From contig JBEKXF010000009.1 in assembly GCA_049512315.1 (NCBI GenBank), forward strand, positions 62,001 to 105,848: a DNA stretch of 43,848 nt, read 5' to 3'. Made by a program: the position numbers and the translations under genes. The notes below the pieces were generated by a model. The model was not told the origin of the DNA. It saw only the letters and a list, made by a program, of their open reading frames with translations, and made no database searches. Numbering within the stretch: the first letter of the stretch is position 1; every line of letters begins with the position of its first letter. Below are positions 43,734-43,848 of the stretch, piece after piece. Source of the DNA: Candidatus Aminicenantales bacterium. GTDB lineage: Bacteria; Acidobacteriota; Aminicenantia; Aminicenantales; Saccharicenantaceae.

Positions 43734-43777
43734 GGCAACGTGAATACTTCCGGTCCTGGGCAACGTGAATCTTTCCG
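43734..43777. repeat. Imperfect 19-bp direct repeat with 25-bp period
   Basis: GGCAACGTGAATACTTCCG (43734-43752) and GGCAACGTGAATCTTTCCG (43759-43777). Confidence 0.7.
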
Positions 43778-43848
43778 CTTTTGTCATCACCTAGGGTCTC
43801 TCGGGTAGTTCGCTTGCGAACCGGTCTCTGTAAACCTTCCAAGGATGC

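Noticed and set aside
43734..43777. Possible CRISPR array start
   Set aside because: Only two 19-bp copies with a 6-bp spacer; no cas genes

Overview
GC-rich bacterial chromosome segment, probably Acidobacteriota/Ca. Aminicenantes-like (inferred from gene content). It spans the probable replication origin. Left: an 11-gene complex-I-like group 4 [NiFe]-hydrogenase operon with three antiporter-like subunits and a HycI-type protease. Next: dnaN-dnaA with a compact, apparently bipartite oriC (tandem DnaA boxes, DnaA-trios, AT-rich unwinding element), rpmB, rel, gmhB-like phosphatase, FmdB-type protein and a signal-peptide-bearing AmmeMemoRadiSam B-A fusion. Centre: housekeeping block lolB-like, ispE, tRNA-Gln, prs, rplY, pth, rpsF, rpsR, rplI, dnaB, mlaEFD, radA, PIN/TRAM, ispD, ispF. 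Right: an ECF sigma/anti-sigma/Spy-like/MacAB-TolC-type module, an Hfq-like gene, pdxA, smpB, a CNNM/CBS protein and carD. The most novel-looking element is at 32.0-33.5 kb, where three copies of an ECF-type promoter (GGAA[C/G]N-N15/16-CGTCTA) precede the sigma gene, a secreted beta-rich protein and an unannotated two-peptide micro-operon. All calls come from motif reading by eye; no database searches were run.
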